A DNA stretch of 64,000 nucleotides from a virus: the IMG/VR virus record IMGVR_UViG_3300035661_000053, positions 1 to 64,000 of that record; one strand, 5' to 3'. Within the stretch, counting starts at the first letter, position 1; the number at the start of each line of letters is the position of its first letter. Shown here one piece after another: positions 38,885-49,190 of this stretch. The position numbers and the translations under genes are program-made. Under the pieces are notes generated by a model. The model worked only from the letters and a program-made list of their open reading frames with translations, was not told the origin of the DNA and searched no databases.

Positions 38885-40300
38885 TTAAAAATAATCTACT
38901 TTATACCCCCATTTCCTGTACATGGTATACCTTTTGTCCGCCATACCTTCTAGCATACGTATGCCCTTGTCCGCGAAATCCACAACAAAAGGTTCCTTTC
39001 CCTGCATTAATCGTTGCACCCTGCCAATTGTCTGCTCAAGCATTACTTTTGAGGAGAAAGGCATCGCTAAAATAAGCCCCTCCAGGGTTTCCACATTCAG
39101 ACCAAGACTGGCTTTCTGGTATGTCGCGAATAGTATATCAGCCGAATCCATCTCTATCTGTGTGGGTGTAGGAATTATTTCTTGTTTCATTCCTTGCGCC
39201 CTCTGCTTCTTTGTGAGTTTCTTTGCACCATACATTCTACAAACTTTCTTATTCGGGAATTCCCGACGATACTGAGCAGCCATAAAATCCAGCTGTGCTA
39301 TGCGATCAGACAGAACTACCATTTTCTTTGATGCCAATTTTACAATGTATGAGAAAATAAACATATTTCGATCAACGTTCTTCTCCAAATACATCTTGAG
39401 ACCAACAAGATATGGTAGATACGACGGTATATATGGCTTATCGGAGTGCACAAATTCTGCAATGCCAACCTCAACAGGCATGTTCCGCACATTCTCATGC
39501 ATTACCAGATTTGAAGACAAATGCAAGTAAGAGTACCTTTCCATCCCATCCTCTCTCTTTGGGGTAGCTGTCAACCCTAAAGATGCTATCCTGTTGAACC
39601 TCGTGAAAGATCGCAAGAACATTCTCGTTGGCAAAGTATGTACCTCATCAACGACGATAAAATCAAAAAGATTATTTATTTCCTTTCCAAATGTTGATGT
39701 CATCAAAGATTGGAAAGTCCCTATTACTACTTTGCCATCCTTGAATTTACCGTTACGCAGGGTGCCTATTTCGTTATCCTCAAGACCAAGCACCTCCTTC
39801 AACTCCTTGCGCCATTGCTCCGCGAGAAAATCCTTGTGCACCAGAATAAGGGTCTTCATTTTCAGGTGCGCGATAATATTGCATCCCATGAAAGTCTTCC
39901 CCTCAGCAGGTTTCGCGACAATCACCGAACCACCAAACTTTTTAATGTTTGCCAATGATGCATTGATTGTTTTCTCCTGCTGAGGCGACGGGGTTTTTTC
40001 TTTAGCAATTTGAAAATCTATGGTATTACATTTCAGCATTCTGGAAGTAACAAATTCTTCTATCCTTGTTACTGAAGGCTCAAAGAAATAGCGAGGCACC
40101 GCGTAACCAGACAACCCTTGTTTATTCTTTACAGGGTAATAAAGCTTTATGTCAAAATTCTCATCCTCATCCACGGGGATGCCCATGCGTATTTTCGCGC
40201 GTATCATGTCCGAAGCAGTGATTGTGAGCTCCTGCTTTTCCATTTTTGTAAGATAGCTAACAATAAAATCTTTGCTAAACCCGTATGCTGTTCTAATCAT
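38885..40300 (-). CDS. Superfamily 2 (DEAD-like/UvsW-like) helicase
   Basis: AEGKT, DEVH, GLTATP, GLNV, QTIGRVQR. Confidence 0.92.
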   Translation of the reverse strand: MIRTAYGFSKDFIVSYLTKMEKQELTITASDMIRAKIRMGIPVDEDENFDIKLYYPVKNKQGLSGYAVPRYFFEPSVTRIEEFVTSRMLKCNTIDFQIAKEKTPSPQQEKTINASLANIKKFGGSVIVAKPAEGKTFMGCNIIAHLKMKTLILVHKDFLAEQWRKELKEVLGLEDNEIGTLRNGKFKDGKVVIGTFQSLMTSTFGKEINNLFDFIVVDEVHTLPTRMFLRSFTRFNRIASLGLTATPKREDGMERYSYLHLSSNLVMHENVRNMPVEVGIAEFVHSDKPYIPSYLPYLVGLKMYLEKNVDRNMFIFSYIVKLASKKMVVLSDRIAQLDFMAAQYRREFPNKKVCRMYGAKKLTKKQRAQGMKQEIIPTPTQIEMDSADILFATYQKASLGLNVETLEGLILAMPFSSKVMLEQTIGRVQRLMQGKEPFVVDFADKGIRMLEGMADKRYTMYRKWGYKVDYF

Positions 40301-40436
40301 AGCTTATGATCACTTCTGTCCCGATTAATTAAATACATGAGTTCCTCATCGTCATCACGAAGAAGTATTTCGATAATGCCAAGTTGTACTTGATATTCTT
40401 TTCCCTTGTTTTTATCTCGCGCATTTGTTTTGTTCC

Positions 40437-42431
40437 TTAATGTACTTCTCTCCAAGACATGCCGATATTCGGCTCGACCTTGAATTTTATGTTTTTAATA
40501 ATGTGTGACAGGGACGTTTCCATTTCCTTCTTTATGATAGGAACGAAACCTTCCGCCTTGTCCTCGTCTACCTCAAGCAAAAGCTCATCATGTATCTGAA
40601 GAACGATTCTACAGCTATCTCCCTGGCATATTTGTTGCCAAATATTTATCATGGATTGCTTAACCAAGTCACCCGCGGAGCCTTGAATAACAGTAGATAC
40701 TGCGGCGTTCTTCGCGTTGTTATGCCGCCACCAGTTTCCCCTGTCCATATCCCGAATGCCCATAGATAATAGACAGCGTCTTCTGCCGAGTATTGTGCAT
40801 ACCCAACCTGTTCTTATAGCGCTCGAATGCACGCGTTCAACAAAAGCACCCACGACCTTCAATTCTTCTTTCCAAGCCCTCACCAGTTTCTCCGCGAGGT
40901 CTTCTGCTATTCGAAGCTTGCGAGCAAAAGTCTTGTACCACATACCATACAACAAGCTAAAATTGGATTCCTTCGCTTTCCACCTTTCAATAGGTATACC
41001 AATTCTGGCAGTCATATTGTCAGCCATTCGCTGATGCACATCGCGATCATTGTTATACGCATCCAGAAGAAAAGGGTCGTTTGAATACGCGCCCATCATT
41101 CTCAATTCCAGCTGGCTTTCATCAGCACCTATGAATACTTTGCCGGGCATTGGAATGAAAATAGATCGCATGTCAATGAAATAAGGCTTAAGAATAGCTT
41201 TTAATTGCGCCTGTCTTTTCGGGGACTGTTTTGCAATTATATCTTTTACTTCTTTCTCCGTAATAAATAAAGCCTTTGTTTTTAGAAGACCTAATTTTAT
41301 AAGCTTTCGTGTTATGAGTATCAACATTGGAGTAGGGTCACGGGGCTGATTTTGCATATTAGGGTGGGTGCTTGAAAGTCTCCCGGTTCTGGTGCCTATT
41401 TGATTGAAATTGTACCCGGTGAGAACAAAAATACCTTTATCAACCTCTACTATCTGATCTTCAATGCCTTGAATGAAAGTGCTGTTTAGCGTCATTAAGC
41501 TACGCCTGTGCAGTATCAGTTCTATAATCAAGCCACCCTGCTTCTCCTGAAGCTCATCAAGAGCATCCTCATCAAGAGTGTAGTTTCCTTCCGCGGTCAT
41601 TCCTTTTTTCTCCGCCTGCTTAATCATGAATTCAGTTGGCTTTTTTCTTTTTATTTTGTAGCCGTGGCGAGATAAAGCATCTCCCAGTTGCTTCTGTGAA
41701 TCAAAATTTATTTCCCCTAAAATATCCGTGAGTTTGGTTGTTATAATGTCTATCTCATCAAAAAGATTTCGTGCGAACGCATCATACAAAGGTTTATCTA
41801 TTCGTATATAATTCCTCTCTACATTCATGTCCCGCATAACCTCCATGAGCGGAAGATCATGCTTATAATAAAGGTCTTTCACCCTCGGTAACTTGTCAAG
41901 CTTTGATTGGAGATCAAGATAGAGCTTCATTGTATTTATAGCGTCATCCTCACCATACTGGGAGAATACTGCAAACCCAGCCTTCTCAGCCTCCTTATAC
42001 TTTACAGTGTCCTCCTTGCCGTATTCATCTATCATTATAGATTTTAGCCCATGTAAGCGCTCCGTGTTTATAGCGTGGTGAGCAAGTATGGTGTCCTCAA
42101 CCTTATCAATAGGAATATTTATGCCAATTTTCTTCAAAACGCTTGTGTCAAATATAGCGTTATGAAAAACAACTTTTTCTGACCTCTGGATTAATTTTTC
42201 CAGAACAGCATTAGCCGCATTATAAGGGAGATTCCGGTACTCAGTCTTTTCTATCATGTTGAATTCATGACTAACAGGTACATAACAAGCGATAAGTTTA
42301 CCACTTTTGGCTTTATAGCATATTGACCAACCTTTTGGCAACATATTGGGGTGGGTTTCGAAATCGAGACTAAAGACTGACGGCACCTTTGCCGCGAAAT
42401 CCCGCAAGTCTGTCATAGATTGTATAAGCAT
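40437..42431 (-). CDS. polA: Family A DNA polymerase with 3'-5' exonuclease
   Basis: DFET, HNAIFD, TGRLSS..PNMQN, DESQLELR, KESNFSLLYG, IQGSAGD, IHDEL. Confidence 0.95.
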   Translation of the reverse strand: MLIQSMTDLRDFAAKVPSVFSLDFETHPNMLPKGWSICYKAKSGKLIACYVPVSHEFNMIEKTEYRNLPYNAANAVLEKLIQRSEKVVFHNAIFDTSVLKKIGINIPIDKVEDTILAHHAINTERLHGLKSIMIDEYGKEDTVKYKEAEKAGFAVFSQYGEDDAINTMKLYLDLQSKLDKLPRVKDLYYKHDLPLMEVMRDMNVERNYIRIDKPLYDAFARNLFDEIDIITTKLTDILGEINFDSQKQLGDALSRHGYKIKRKKPTEFMIKQAEKKGMTAEGNYTLDEDALDELQEKQGGLIIELILHRRSLMTLNSTFIQGIEDQIVEVDKGIFVLTGYNFNQIGTRTGRLSSTHPNMQNQPRDPTPMLILITRKLIKLGLLKTKALFITEKEVKDIIAKQSPKRQAQLKAILKPYFIDMRSIFIPMPGKVFIGADESQLELRMMGAYSNDPFLLDAYNNDRDVHQRMADNMTARIGIPIERWKAKESNFSLLYGMWYKTFARKLRIAEDLAEKLVRAWKEELKVVGAFVERVHSSAIRTGWVCTILGRRRCLLSMGIRDMDRGNWWRHNNAKNAAVSTVIQGSAGDLVKQSMINIWQQICQGDSCRIVLQIHDELLLEVDEDKAEGFVPIIKKEMETSLSHIIKNIKFKVEPNIGMSWREVH

Positions 42432-42496
42432 AAAAATTCTCCAAAATTTTGCAATGAATGCTATAATATAAATAATTTTTTTCTATATAAAAATAC

Positions 42497-43480
42497 TCAA
42501 ACAATACTTTTATACAGCGTAACGCCTTCCAATACGTGAGCTAATGTCTTAGCTGTGGGTATCTTAGCGGGGTCTTGATAATCATACCGGGCACGCCATA
42601 TAAGGGGCACCTGCTTTGAAAGCCTCGTGTATATTCTCTTCTCCATATCTATACCCGCTTGATCGTTGTCTCCCATGAGTATTAATTGCGCGAATTTTTT
42701 TCTCATGGCAGACACTTGATGTAAGCCCACATTGCTGCCGAAACAACCAACAACAGAAAACCTTTCAAGTAATTTTAATTGCTTCAGGAACATGTAGATG
42801 CGAAGGGCATCATACATACCTTCCACAACAATAGCTGTCTTTGCTTTACTCAGCCAACCCAGATATAAATAAGACTCAGTATTGAAGTTATTCGCATACT
42901 TTGGGAGTCTCCCATCAATATAATGTGACACGTACCCAACAAGTTTACCATTATCAATTTGAGGAAAAACCGTTTGCTTATTCTTCATGTCATAGAGCAA
43001 ATTCGCGTCAACAAGAATATCCTTAGTTAAGCCCCTCTTGTTTAAGTTATAGTCTAAGAACTCTTTACTATTGGCATCAAAGTGCTTCACAGCTTCTTCA
43101 ATAGACTCAGTCCTCGTTTCATCCGGTGCAACATCTATTCTTTCATTGTATCTCGGAAAAACAACCTTGAAGGAATTCTGTATTTGATAGGGATTACCAA
43201 TAGTCTTTACAAGGCCCTCTTTTTGAAGTTCGAGCATAAAAGCAACGAACGTTCTGAAAGAGCGTTTACAAGTAAAGCAATGTGCCTTGAAACCCTCATC
43301 TGTCATCTTGATTCCGAAAGAGGGCTTCGAGTCAATAGAGTTCCTGTGACCGCTTACCGGGGCAAAAGGGCACCCGAACATGATATTCCCGGAAGAAGAG
43401 CGTGTAGTGCCTATTCTGATGCCAACACCCCTCAAATATTCAAGTATTTGAGACTGCAAAGCCTCATTATTGTCAATCAT
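42497..43480 (-). CDS. DnaG-like primase
   Basis: CPF..H...CFTC zinc finger; VEGMYD and DNDQAG TOPRIM motifs. Confidence 0.88.
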   Translation of the reverse strand: MIDNNEALQSQILEYLRGVGIRIGTTRSSSGNIMFGCPFAPVSGHRNSIDSKPSFGIKMTDEGFKAHCFTCKRSFRTFVAFMLELQKEGLVKTIGNPYQIQNSFKVVFPRYNERIDVAPDETRTESIEEAVKHFDANSKEFLDYNLNKRGLTKDILVDANLLYDMKNKQTVFPQIDNGKLVGYVSHYIDGRLPKYANNFNTESYLYLGWLSKAKTAIVVEGMYDALRIYMFLKQLKLLERFSVVGCFGSNVGLHQVSAMRKKFAQLILMGDNDQAGIDMEKRIYTRLSKQVPLIWRARYDYQDPAKIPTAKTLAHVLEGVTLYKSIV

Positions 43481-43587
43481 GGGAAACTAAACTCCTTTTT
43501 GCTGACCTTGTAGATTCCACAATAGCAAAGCAACCTTCTTCCTTGAAATGCTTCCGCTTCATATTCCCATCACAATAAAAAGCTGAC

Positions 43588-44823
43588 TCACCCATTAAAG
43601 CTATCCTCCGTGTACTGTCCACCCTCATTTTCTGGAATCTCTTCAAAATTCCAGTTCTCGAAGTCCCAAACGTTAAGACCCTTCGCCCCATTACGCGCCA
43701 TTCTTGTCTTTAGAAATTCAAAACCCATCAAAGGTGGAACATTCATAAGCATGGCCTGACTCTGATAAATCTTGAGTAAAATGTCAACGTCCTGCCGGAC
43801 AGATTTTGCATAAGCAATATCCCCATCAGCGTTAAACTGAAAGGTTCCTATGAAGGGCGTTTTATACTTCTTTGTTAACGCTTGTATTTTTCGTGAAGCA
43901 ATCATAGTATCCTTGAATAAATCCTTCCCTGTCTCTACTGACAGATAAACACCGTCTATGAAGACAGCCGCAGGCTCAAGCCTGATCATTTCGAGCTCAA
44001 TGTCATCAATACTTTTCCCCGCCCCGGATATAACATGAACCTTGCCCATTTGCGTGTACAAGCTTGACAGTTGCCTAAGCCTGCTCTCCTCCTCAGCATT
44101 GAGCCTGCCTTCACGATACTTTGTCGCGGAAAATTCCCCCACAATAGAATCACACCTTGTACTTATATCCTCAACGGACATTTCGTTTGTAACAATAAGA
44201 ATACACCCGTCTACTTGTGCCGCATAATTCATAGCTACACGCAGAAAGAAATACGTCTTACCTACACCTGAAGTACCTATGATGCCTATGTATTCCGTGC
44301 GTATACCCCCAACAACCTTGTCGAAGAACTCAAAGCCTGTTTGCACGCCTATAACACCTTCATTCGCCTTCGTGCGTTCATACAGGGCTATCCGTTCTTC
44401 CAGGGAAGCGTCTACCGTTTCCGAATCAGCCATTTGAACCTCGGATAGACCTATCCTTAAATCCTGAAGACTTTTCTCCGCCTTTGCAAGGTCCATGCTG
44501 AAAAGCTGATTCTGCATGGTTGCTAGATATGTAGTGAACAGTTGATATTTTCTGCGCCCGTATAACTCGTCAATGTAGTATGACAAAGCATCCTGTGGGC
44601 GGGTGAGTTTTAATTGTGGAAACTTTAGGGAAAGAGCTGTTTTAGAAGGAAGTTCACCTTTTGATTTCTTATAGTAATCAAGGATAAAAGTATAAGCGAG
44701 TCTTTCTTCGCCCTCTAGTAAATCTACGGGTACCTTTTTTATTGCCTGTGTGAATTCCTCTTTTGTTGATGCTAATATTCCACCTAAAAATTCATTGTCA
44801 ATGTTTTGTGAAATTTCTGCCAT
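43588..44823 (-). CDS. DnaB-like replicative helicase
   Basis: GTSGVGKT, NEM, IDGVYL, Q.N, QDVD, K.R. Confidence 0.88.
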   Translation of the reverse strand: MAEISQNIDNEFLGGILASTKEEFTQAIKKVPVDLLEGEERLAYTFILDYYKKSKGELPSKTALSLKFPQLKLTRPQDALSYYIDELYGRRKYQLFTTYLATMQNQLFSMDLAKAEKSLQDLRIGLSEVQMADSETVDASLEERIALYERTKANEGVIGVQTGFEFFDKVVGGIRTEYIGIIGTSGVGKTYFFLRVAMNYAAQVDGCILIVTNEMSVEDISTRCDSIVGEFSATKYREGRLNAEEESRLRQLSSLYTQMGKVHVISGAGKSIDDIELEMIRLEPAAVFIDGVYLSVETGKDLFKDTMIASRKIQALTKKYKTPFIGTFQFNADGDIAYAKSVRQDVDILLKIYQSQAMLMNVPPLMGFEFLKTRMARNGAKGLNVWDFENWNFEEIPENEGGQYTEDSFNG

Positions 44824-44831
44824 GATAACCC

Positions 44832-45248
44832 TTACATGAAATATTTTTTGAAATCATCGTCAAGCAAGATAGCCTGCCTACAGATGTACCGTTTCTCTAA
44901 CGTTGTGAAATGCATCGAAGGATTCGTAACCAAAAGCCATTTCTTCAGCATGTCTTCCGAGCTCATAAAAAGAACATCGAAGGGCAGACCGAAGGTATCA
45001 TTTATAATTTCTTTTATCTTGCTCGCATGATCATTGCACACAATAACAACACGGTCAATATTCCCATTCGTTAAATGACCCTTCAAAGTATTGAAGACTG
45101 TGTGCGCGTGCTTAGATAATTCAAGCGTTGTCTTTTTCCAGAATAACCACTTTTTAGTGGTTGCGCGTATGAAAAGAGCATCAGCATCAATGCTAATCAC
45201 CAAAAGTTCTGGCCAGACGTCCTGTGACAAATCATTGTTACGCATCAT
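44832..45248 (-). CDS. Hypothetical protein
   Basis: Operonic ORF. Confidence 0.6.
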   Translation of the reverse strand: MMRNNDLSQDVWPELLVISIDADALFIRATTKKWLFWKKTTLELSKHAHTVFNTLKGHLTNGNIDRVVIVCNDHASKIKEIINDTFGLPFDVLFMSSEDMLKKWLLVTNPSMHFTTLEKRYICRQAILLDDDFKKYFM

Positions 45249-45543
45249 TCGACCCGTCATAATGAAATATGCTATTTTGGCTATAACGGGGGAACAAAAG
45301 AGGTTCGTCTTTTACAAGACCAAATAAAACCCTTGATGAACCCAGCTGCACCAAGTTAAGGGTAACCCGAAAGGGATTCGCATTAGAAATTCTGGCAGAC
45401 AAGAAAACATTGTTCTTTACCGCGTCCCGGATAATATCCGTGAAGCGTATCTTTGTGAGGTTATCATTAAATAAAAGAATGATCTCCGTGTTGTTGTCCT
45501 GCAAGTGTTGAACCACACCTTGCACGCCCATTGTCTGTTTCAT
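45238..45543 (-). CDS. Hypothetical protein
   Basis: Operonic ORF. Confidence 0.55.
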   Translation of the reverse strand: MKQTMGVQGVVQHLQDNNTEIILLFNDNLTKIRFTDIIRDAVKNNVFLSARISNANPFRVTLNLVQLGSSRVLFGLVKDEPLLFPRYSQNSIFHYDGSNDA

Positions 45544-45806
45544 CTCTTTTCTTTCTTTTTTAATCTTTTATTCGCGAAAAAAAGTGCTATACTACCTAAA
45601 AAAGTAGTTCGTAATTCTGATATAATCCGTTCATTCTCAACACCTTTAAGCAAGGTCGCGTAAGCTGTCTGTATGTTATCCCGAACAACAGTCCCCAGGT
45701 AAGCGCCTACCGTTTTTAATAAGCGTGCCTCCAAGTCAAGGATTGCCTGCAAATAGTTGCTGCCTGTTTCTTTTTCCGTTGCCGTTTCTTCAAGCTGTTC
45801 TGCCAT
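45540..45806 (-). CDS. Hypothetical protein
   Basis: Operonic ORF (MAEQLEE...). Confidence 0.55.
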   Translation of the reverse strand: MAEQLEETATEKETGSNYLQAILDLEARLLKTVGAYLGTVVRDNIQTAYATLLKGVENERIISELRTTFLGSIALFFANKRLKKKEKR

Positions 45807-46069
45807 GTTATAACCCAATCAAATTCGTCTATTAAAATATCACTAAAAATATGGGTGCAAATAATTATATAACCCTTATGATAAAAAGAACCTCTATGTC
45901 TCTTGACACCTAAACGTTTCATTTCACGTATGAAAGAAACGAGTTCATTTGCCGGACTCACGAGAAGGATAGCATTGCCTTTTCTACAGAGGTTAAGAAC
46001 CTCAAGTGTTCTTTCCTCAACGTCGCTACAGTCAATTTCTCTTTCTAATTTCATCAACCTTCTCATCAC
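45716..46069 (-). CDS. Hypothetical protein
   Basis: Operonic ORF. Confidence 0.5.
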   Translation of the reverse strand: MMRRLMKLEREIDCSDVEERTLEVLNLCRKGNAILLVSPANELVSFIREMKRLGVKRHRGSFYHKGYIIICTHIFSDILIDEFDWVITWQNSLKKRQRKKKQAATICRQSLTWRHAY

Positions 46070-46631
46070 GTATTATAGAGCTCATATTCTTGCCCTCCAA
46101 ATGATAGATGATGTACTCATTACTTATGAAATTTTGAAGGGATAAACTGTACATATCGCCTATCGTTGAGGTGGAACCATTCGTGCAAATTATGGTTACT
46201 TTTTTATTATTGAACCTGTACCGTAGTAAATTCTCAAATTTTGTCTCAACGAAACCAGATTTTGAGCCCCTATATTCTTGTCCAAAGTCATCAATAACAA
46301 GTATGCGTACTGAACCGAGATACTCAACCCAAAGGACACTATCGTCTTTTCTTGCCTGCGTGTTGAAATAACCTTGCAAAGTCGGGGCATCAATGAAATG
46401 CACATAGGGCTCCTTCAAATCATTCTTGAAGAAATTTAAAATCGCATGGCAAATCCAAGTTTTGCCTACGCGATAATCGCCGTAGATATAATAAGAAAGG
46501 CTATCCTTGTAGAGAGTCTCCTTGCTCAATCTACGAAAGAACCCTACCAATTTCTGGAGGGACGGTGAAGCCTCCTCATGAAGAGTATCAAAGGAGGCAT
46601 CCGCGTATCGCGCGAGCATACCATTAGCCAT
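46032..46631 (-). CDS. DnaC/IstB-like AAA+ helicase loader
   Basis: YGDYRVGKT, LVIDDFG.E, R.R...TIICTN. Confidence 0.85.
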   Translation of the reverse strand: MANGMLARYADASFDTLHEEASPSLQKLVGFFRRLSKETLYKDSLSYYIYGDYRVGKTWICHAILNFFKNDLKEPYVHFIDAPTLQGYFNTQARKDDSVLWVEYLGSVRILVIDDFGQEYRGSKSGFVETKFENLLRYRFNNKKVTIICTNGSTSTIGDMYSLSLQNFISNEYIIYHLEGKNMSSIIRDEKVDEIRKRN

Positions 46632-46819
46632 TAGATGTTCTCCTTCACCATGAGAGGAATAATGGAACCAAAAATACAAGCTCGAAGAGCAAGAGCAAGG
46701 CGACCTCCTTCTTGCTCCCCATGTATGCTACTCCTTAATAAGCTTGTGCCCTCCGATTTAAGAAAATCAAAATCAAGGGCATACACCTTAAAAGTTGTCA
46801 CCACTGAATGGTGTTGCAT
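46631..46819 (-). CDS. Small hypothetical protein
   Basis: Gap-filling ORF with GAAAGG RBS. Confidence 0.4.
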   Translation of the reverse strand: MQHHSVVTTFKVYALDFDFLKSEGTSLLRSSIHGEQEGGRLALALRACIFGSIIPLMVKENI

Positions 46820-46835
46820 TTTGTGACCTTTCTAC

Positions 46836-47258
46836 TTATGCTTGATAGATTGTTACTATTGTTCGTGGTGTTACCTTATCCAGAATGGAAGCATCCACAC
46901 TATACCTTCGTATATTATTGTCGTTCGTGATCAGCCCATTATGCTGAAAAATATCAAAAAGAATTTCGATACTCGCGTCCGAGAGAGGGTTCTCATAACC
47001 AATATCAAAATGCCAATGATAAGTGCGTATGTCTAAAGGAAAAATCTTATGCCGTTCTTTGAGCCTACGAATTTGTTTCTCAACAAGAGTGACATATGAT
47101 CGTGCTTCCTTTCCCAGAACAAAAGAAGACCCGGTGAAAGACCTTTGGTTCTTCATACTTGCCGGGGAGCCATACAAGACAAATCGCAAGATAATATCCT
47201 TATCCGATAAGTTTAGAGCCGGACTCAGAATCGGTTGTGTTAGGTCTTTTATATTCAA
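46836..47258 (-). CDS. RusA-like Holliday junction resolvase
   Basis: GSPASMKN, D.FQ..GLI.NDN.I, PRTIVTI. Confidence 0.65.
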   Translation of the reverse strand: MNIKDLTQPILSPALNLSDKDIILRFVLYGSPASMKNQRSFTGSSFVLGKEARSYVTLVEKQIRRLKERHKIFPLDIRTYHWHFDIGYENPLSDASIEILFDIFQHNGLITNDNNIRRYSVDASILDKVTPRTIVTIYQA

Positions 47259-47556
47259 CAGAACTCCTCGTCTTTCTGCTCTTAGTAAAGTAATCGAAAA
47301 AACTCATTCGAAAACCAAAAATAATGGCCATTGTCGGGTACGTGCTGATGATGTTGAAATCATCTTTAATACTCGACCATTTCTTGCATGTTTGATCAAT
47401 GAGATTCTTGCACTCGGACAATGAATACTCGGAGAGCATATTTTTACAAAGAGTGACGTCTTTTATCGTTCGGTTAATTCGTCTGCCGAAATAAAAGTCA
47501 ATTTGCTCCTTATAATAAATAAATAATTCTACAGAAGGGGCGTATTGCTTAGACAT
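47200..47556 (-). CDS. Hypothetical protein
   Basis: Operonic ORF. Confidence 0.55.
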   Translation of the reverse strand: MSKQYAPSVELFIYYKEQIDFYFGRRINRTIKDVTLCKNMLSEYSLSECKNLIDQTCKKWSSIKDDFNIISTYPTMAIIFGFRMSFFDYFTKSRKTRSSVEYKRPNTTDSESGSKLIG

Positions 47557-47878
47557 TTGCTACCTTTCGGGGAATTATTTTCACAGCTGTCTTTTTGTTT
47601 TTAAAGTAGGCTTGTTCCTTGCCATTTACTTTGATGATACACTTTTCCAAAAGTGCATCGAACATCTCTTTCGTGCCGCCTTTCGCGATAAAATCCTTCT
47701 CGAGTTGCTCTTTAACAGCTGGCAAACCCTTTTGGAAGAACATTTGGTACGTCGCGTCCTTACTGTGAAGGATTCGTGCACCTAATTCCACGATAGCCAG
47801 AACTATCTCACCATTTACCTTTTTGGGTATCGTGATAGTCCTTTTTATAGTCATAGTATCCTGATATACTACAGGCAT
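47549..47878 (-). CDS. Hypothetical protein, first gene of the replication operon
   Basis: AAGGAG RBS; downstream of a promoter motif. Confidence 0.7.
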   Translation of the reverse strand: MPVVYQDTMTIKRTITIPKKVNGEIVLAIVELGARILHSKDATYQMFFQKGLPAVKEQLEKDFIAKGGTKEMFDALLEKCIIKVNGKEQAYFKNKKTAVKIIPRKVANV

Positions 47879-47915
47879 TTTGAGACTCCTTTTTAAGTGA
47901 TTGAATTTTGTGGGA

Positions 47916-47945
47916 ACAAATATACGAGTTTTTATATAAAAAACA
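47916..47945 (-). promoter_or_regulatory. FCB-type promoter driving the replication module
   Basis: TTTATATAAA-aact-CGTATATTTGT. Confidence 0.65.
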
Positions 47946-48000
47946 AAATTATTTTATATAATTTTTTAACAGCCTATAGAGCCATTATAAACGTATTTTG

Positions 48001-48429
48001 TTAGATATTTGAGGTTCTGCTGAAAGCAGAAAGAGACGTGACAAAAAAGTCTATGAACATAGCCATATTGTAATTGTTTACAAGTTGAACATTGCTATCA
48101 ACATAGTCTATCTCACTGATAGAGTAAGAGACACCACCAAGAACAATCTTGTCCTTTAATTTTGGAATATCGTGATCATTGAACATTAAAGCTGGACAGA
48201 CAATATGCGTCTCATGCTTTGTCCGCAAGTATCCAAAAATAGATAGATACCCTTCTACCTCCACCAAACCCCGGATAGGGAAGCTATGCTCAACAGAATG
48301 CACGCCATTCACCGCGCTGAAATAAACGGCATCATGGCCTTCATTCTTTATAAGGCTTATAACGTCTTGCTGGGCGAGGGACATTGTTTTTGCATCCGAA
48401 GTACGCAGAAGGATATTATCTAATCTCAT
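48001..48429 (-). CDS. Putative head-closure protein
   Basis: Position; P..KDKIVLGGVSYSI pattern. Confidence 0.55.
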   Translation of the reverse strand: MRLDNILLRTSDAKTMSLAQQDVISLIKNEGHDAVYFSAVNGVHSVEHSFPIRGLVEVEGYLSIFGYLRTKHETHIVCPALMFNDHDIPKLKDKIVLGGVSYSISEIDYVDSNVQLVNNYNMAMFIDFFVTSLSAFSRTSNI

Positions 48430-49190
48430 ATACTTATCGACTTCTTTACGCTTGATTGCACGCCGTTGTAATTTTCAACGATCACGTTGTACCCGTAAGT
48501 CTTACCTGGAGTAACATTTGCATCAATAAATTCCGTCTGTGATAAATCCGTTTCGCTTGCAAACAAGTTAACAGTATCGTCGACAATTTTTTGAATATAT
48601 AATGCAGAAAAATCGGGGAAGAAACCAAGCAGCAATGTTAGCGTTATTGTGTGCGCAGTAGCGTCATAAGCGAGACTAAAATTAATCTTGCCTTTATCAG
48701 GGGCTTTATTGAATTCATAAGGCTCATTTGCACCAGTCCTATCATCCTTCTTGAACATGACAGACTGTGTTACGTTAGACACCGCGAGATCATCACCAGA
48801 GTCATCAATTAATTTTGACAAGGTTACTGTTAGGTACCTCGCGATATTAACCCATTCTGATGGTGGCAACCTTTCGATGTTAGCCTCACGCATGTTATAC
48901 TTGGCATAGCGAGCAGAGTTGATAGAAAGAACAGTAGCAAGCTCAATCCGTGCATGAAGCAAGATAATTATTTGCTGTATGGCATTGCACATTTCAATAC
49001 TTGGTATCTTTCCTTTATAAACTGTAGCAAGTGACATTGTCAGCTCGTTAAGCAATTCATCATCAGACCAAACCTGAAGAGACGTGTCAGGTACAAGGGA
49101 ACCCTCAATCGCGCCGGGCTTTGTAGGATTATCACCTATTTTTTGCCGCAGGAGATCAACAAGCTTTTCTGATATTGTTTGCGTTGCCAT
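48426..49190 (-). CDS. Putative head-tail adaptor with C-terminal FN3-like domain
   Basis: LRQKIGD..WSDDEL N-terminus; FID.NV.PGKTYGY.V...N.NG.QS. Confidence 0.65.
   Translation of the reverse strand: MATQTISEKLVDLLRQKIGDNPTKPGAIEGSLVPDTSLQVWSDDELLNELTMSLATVYKGKIPSIEMCNAIQQIIILLHARIELATVLSINSARYAKYNMREANIERLPPSEWVNIARYLTVTLSKLIDDSGDDLAVSNVTQSVMFKKDDRTGANEPYEFNKAPDKGKINFSLAYDATAHTITLTLLLGFFPDFSALYIQKIVDDTVNLFASETDLSQTEFIDANVTPGKTYGYNVIVENYNGVQSSVKKSISI

Noticed and set aside
34745-42431. Inteins or introns in RecA or the polymerase
   Set aside because: The insertions are short, lack intein terminal motifs and homing endonuclease signatures, and the frames are uninterrupted.
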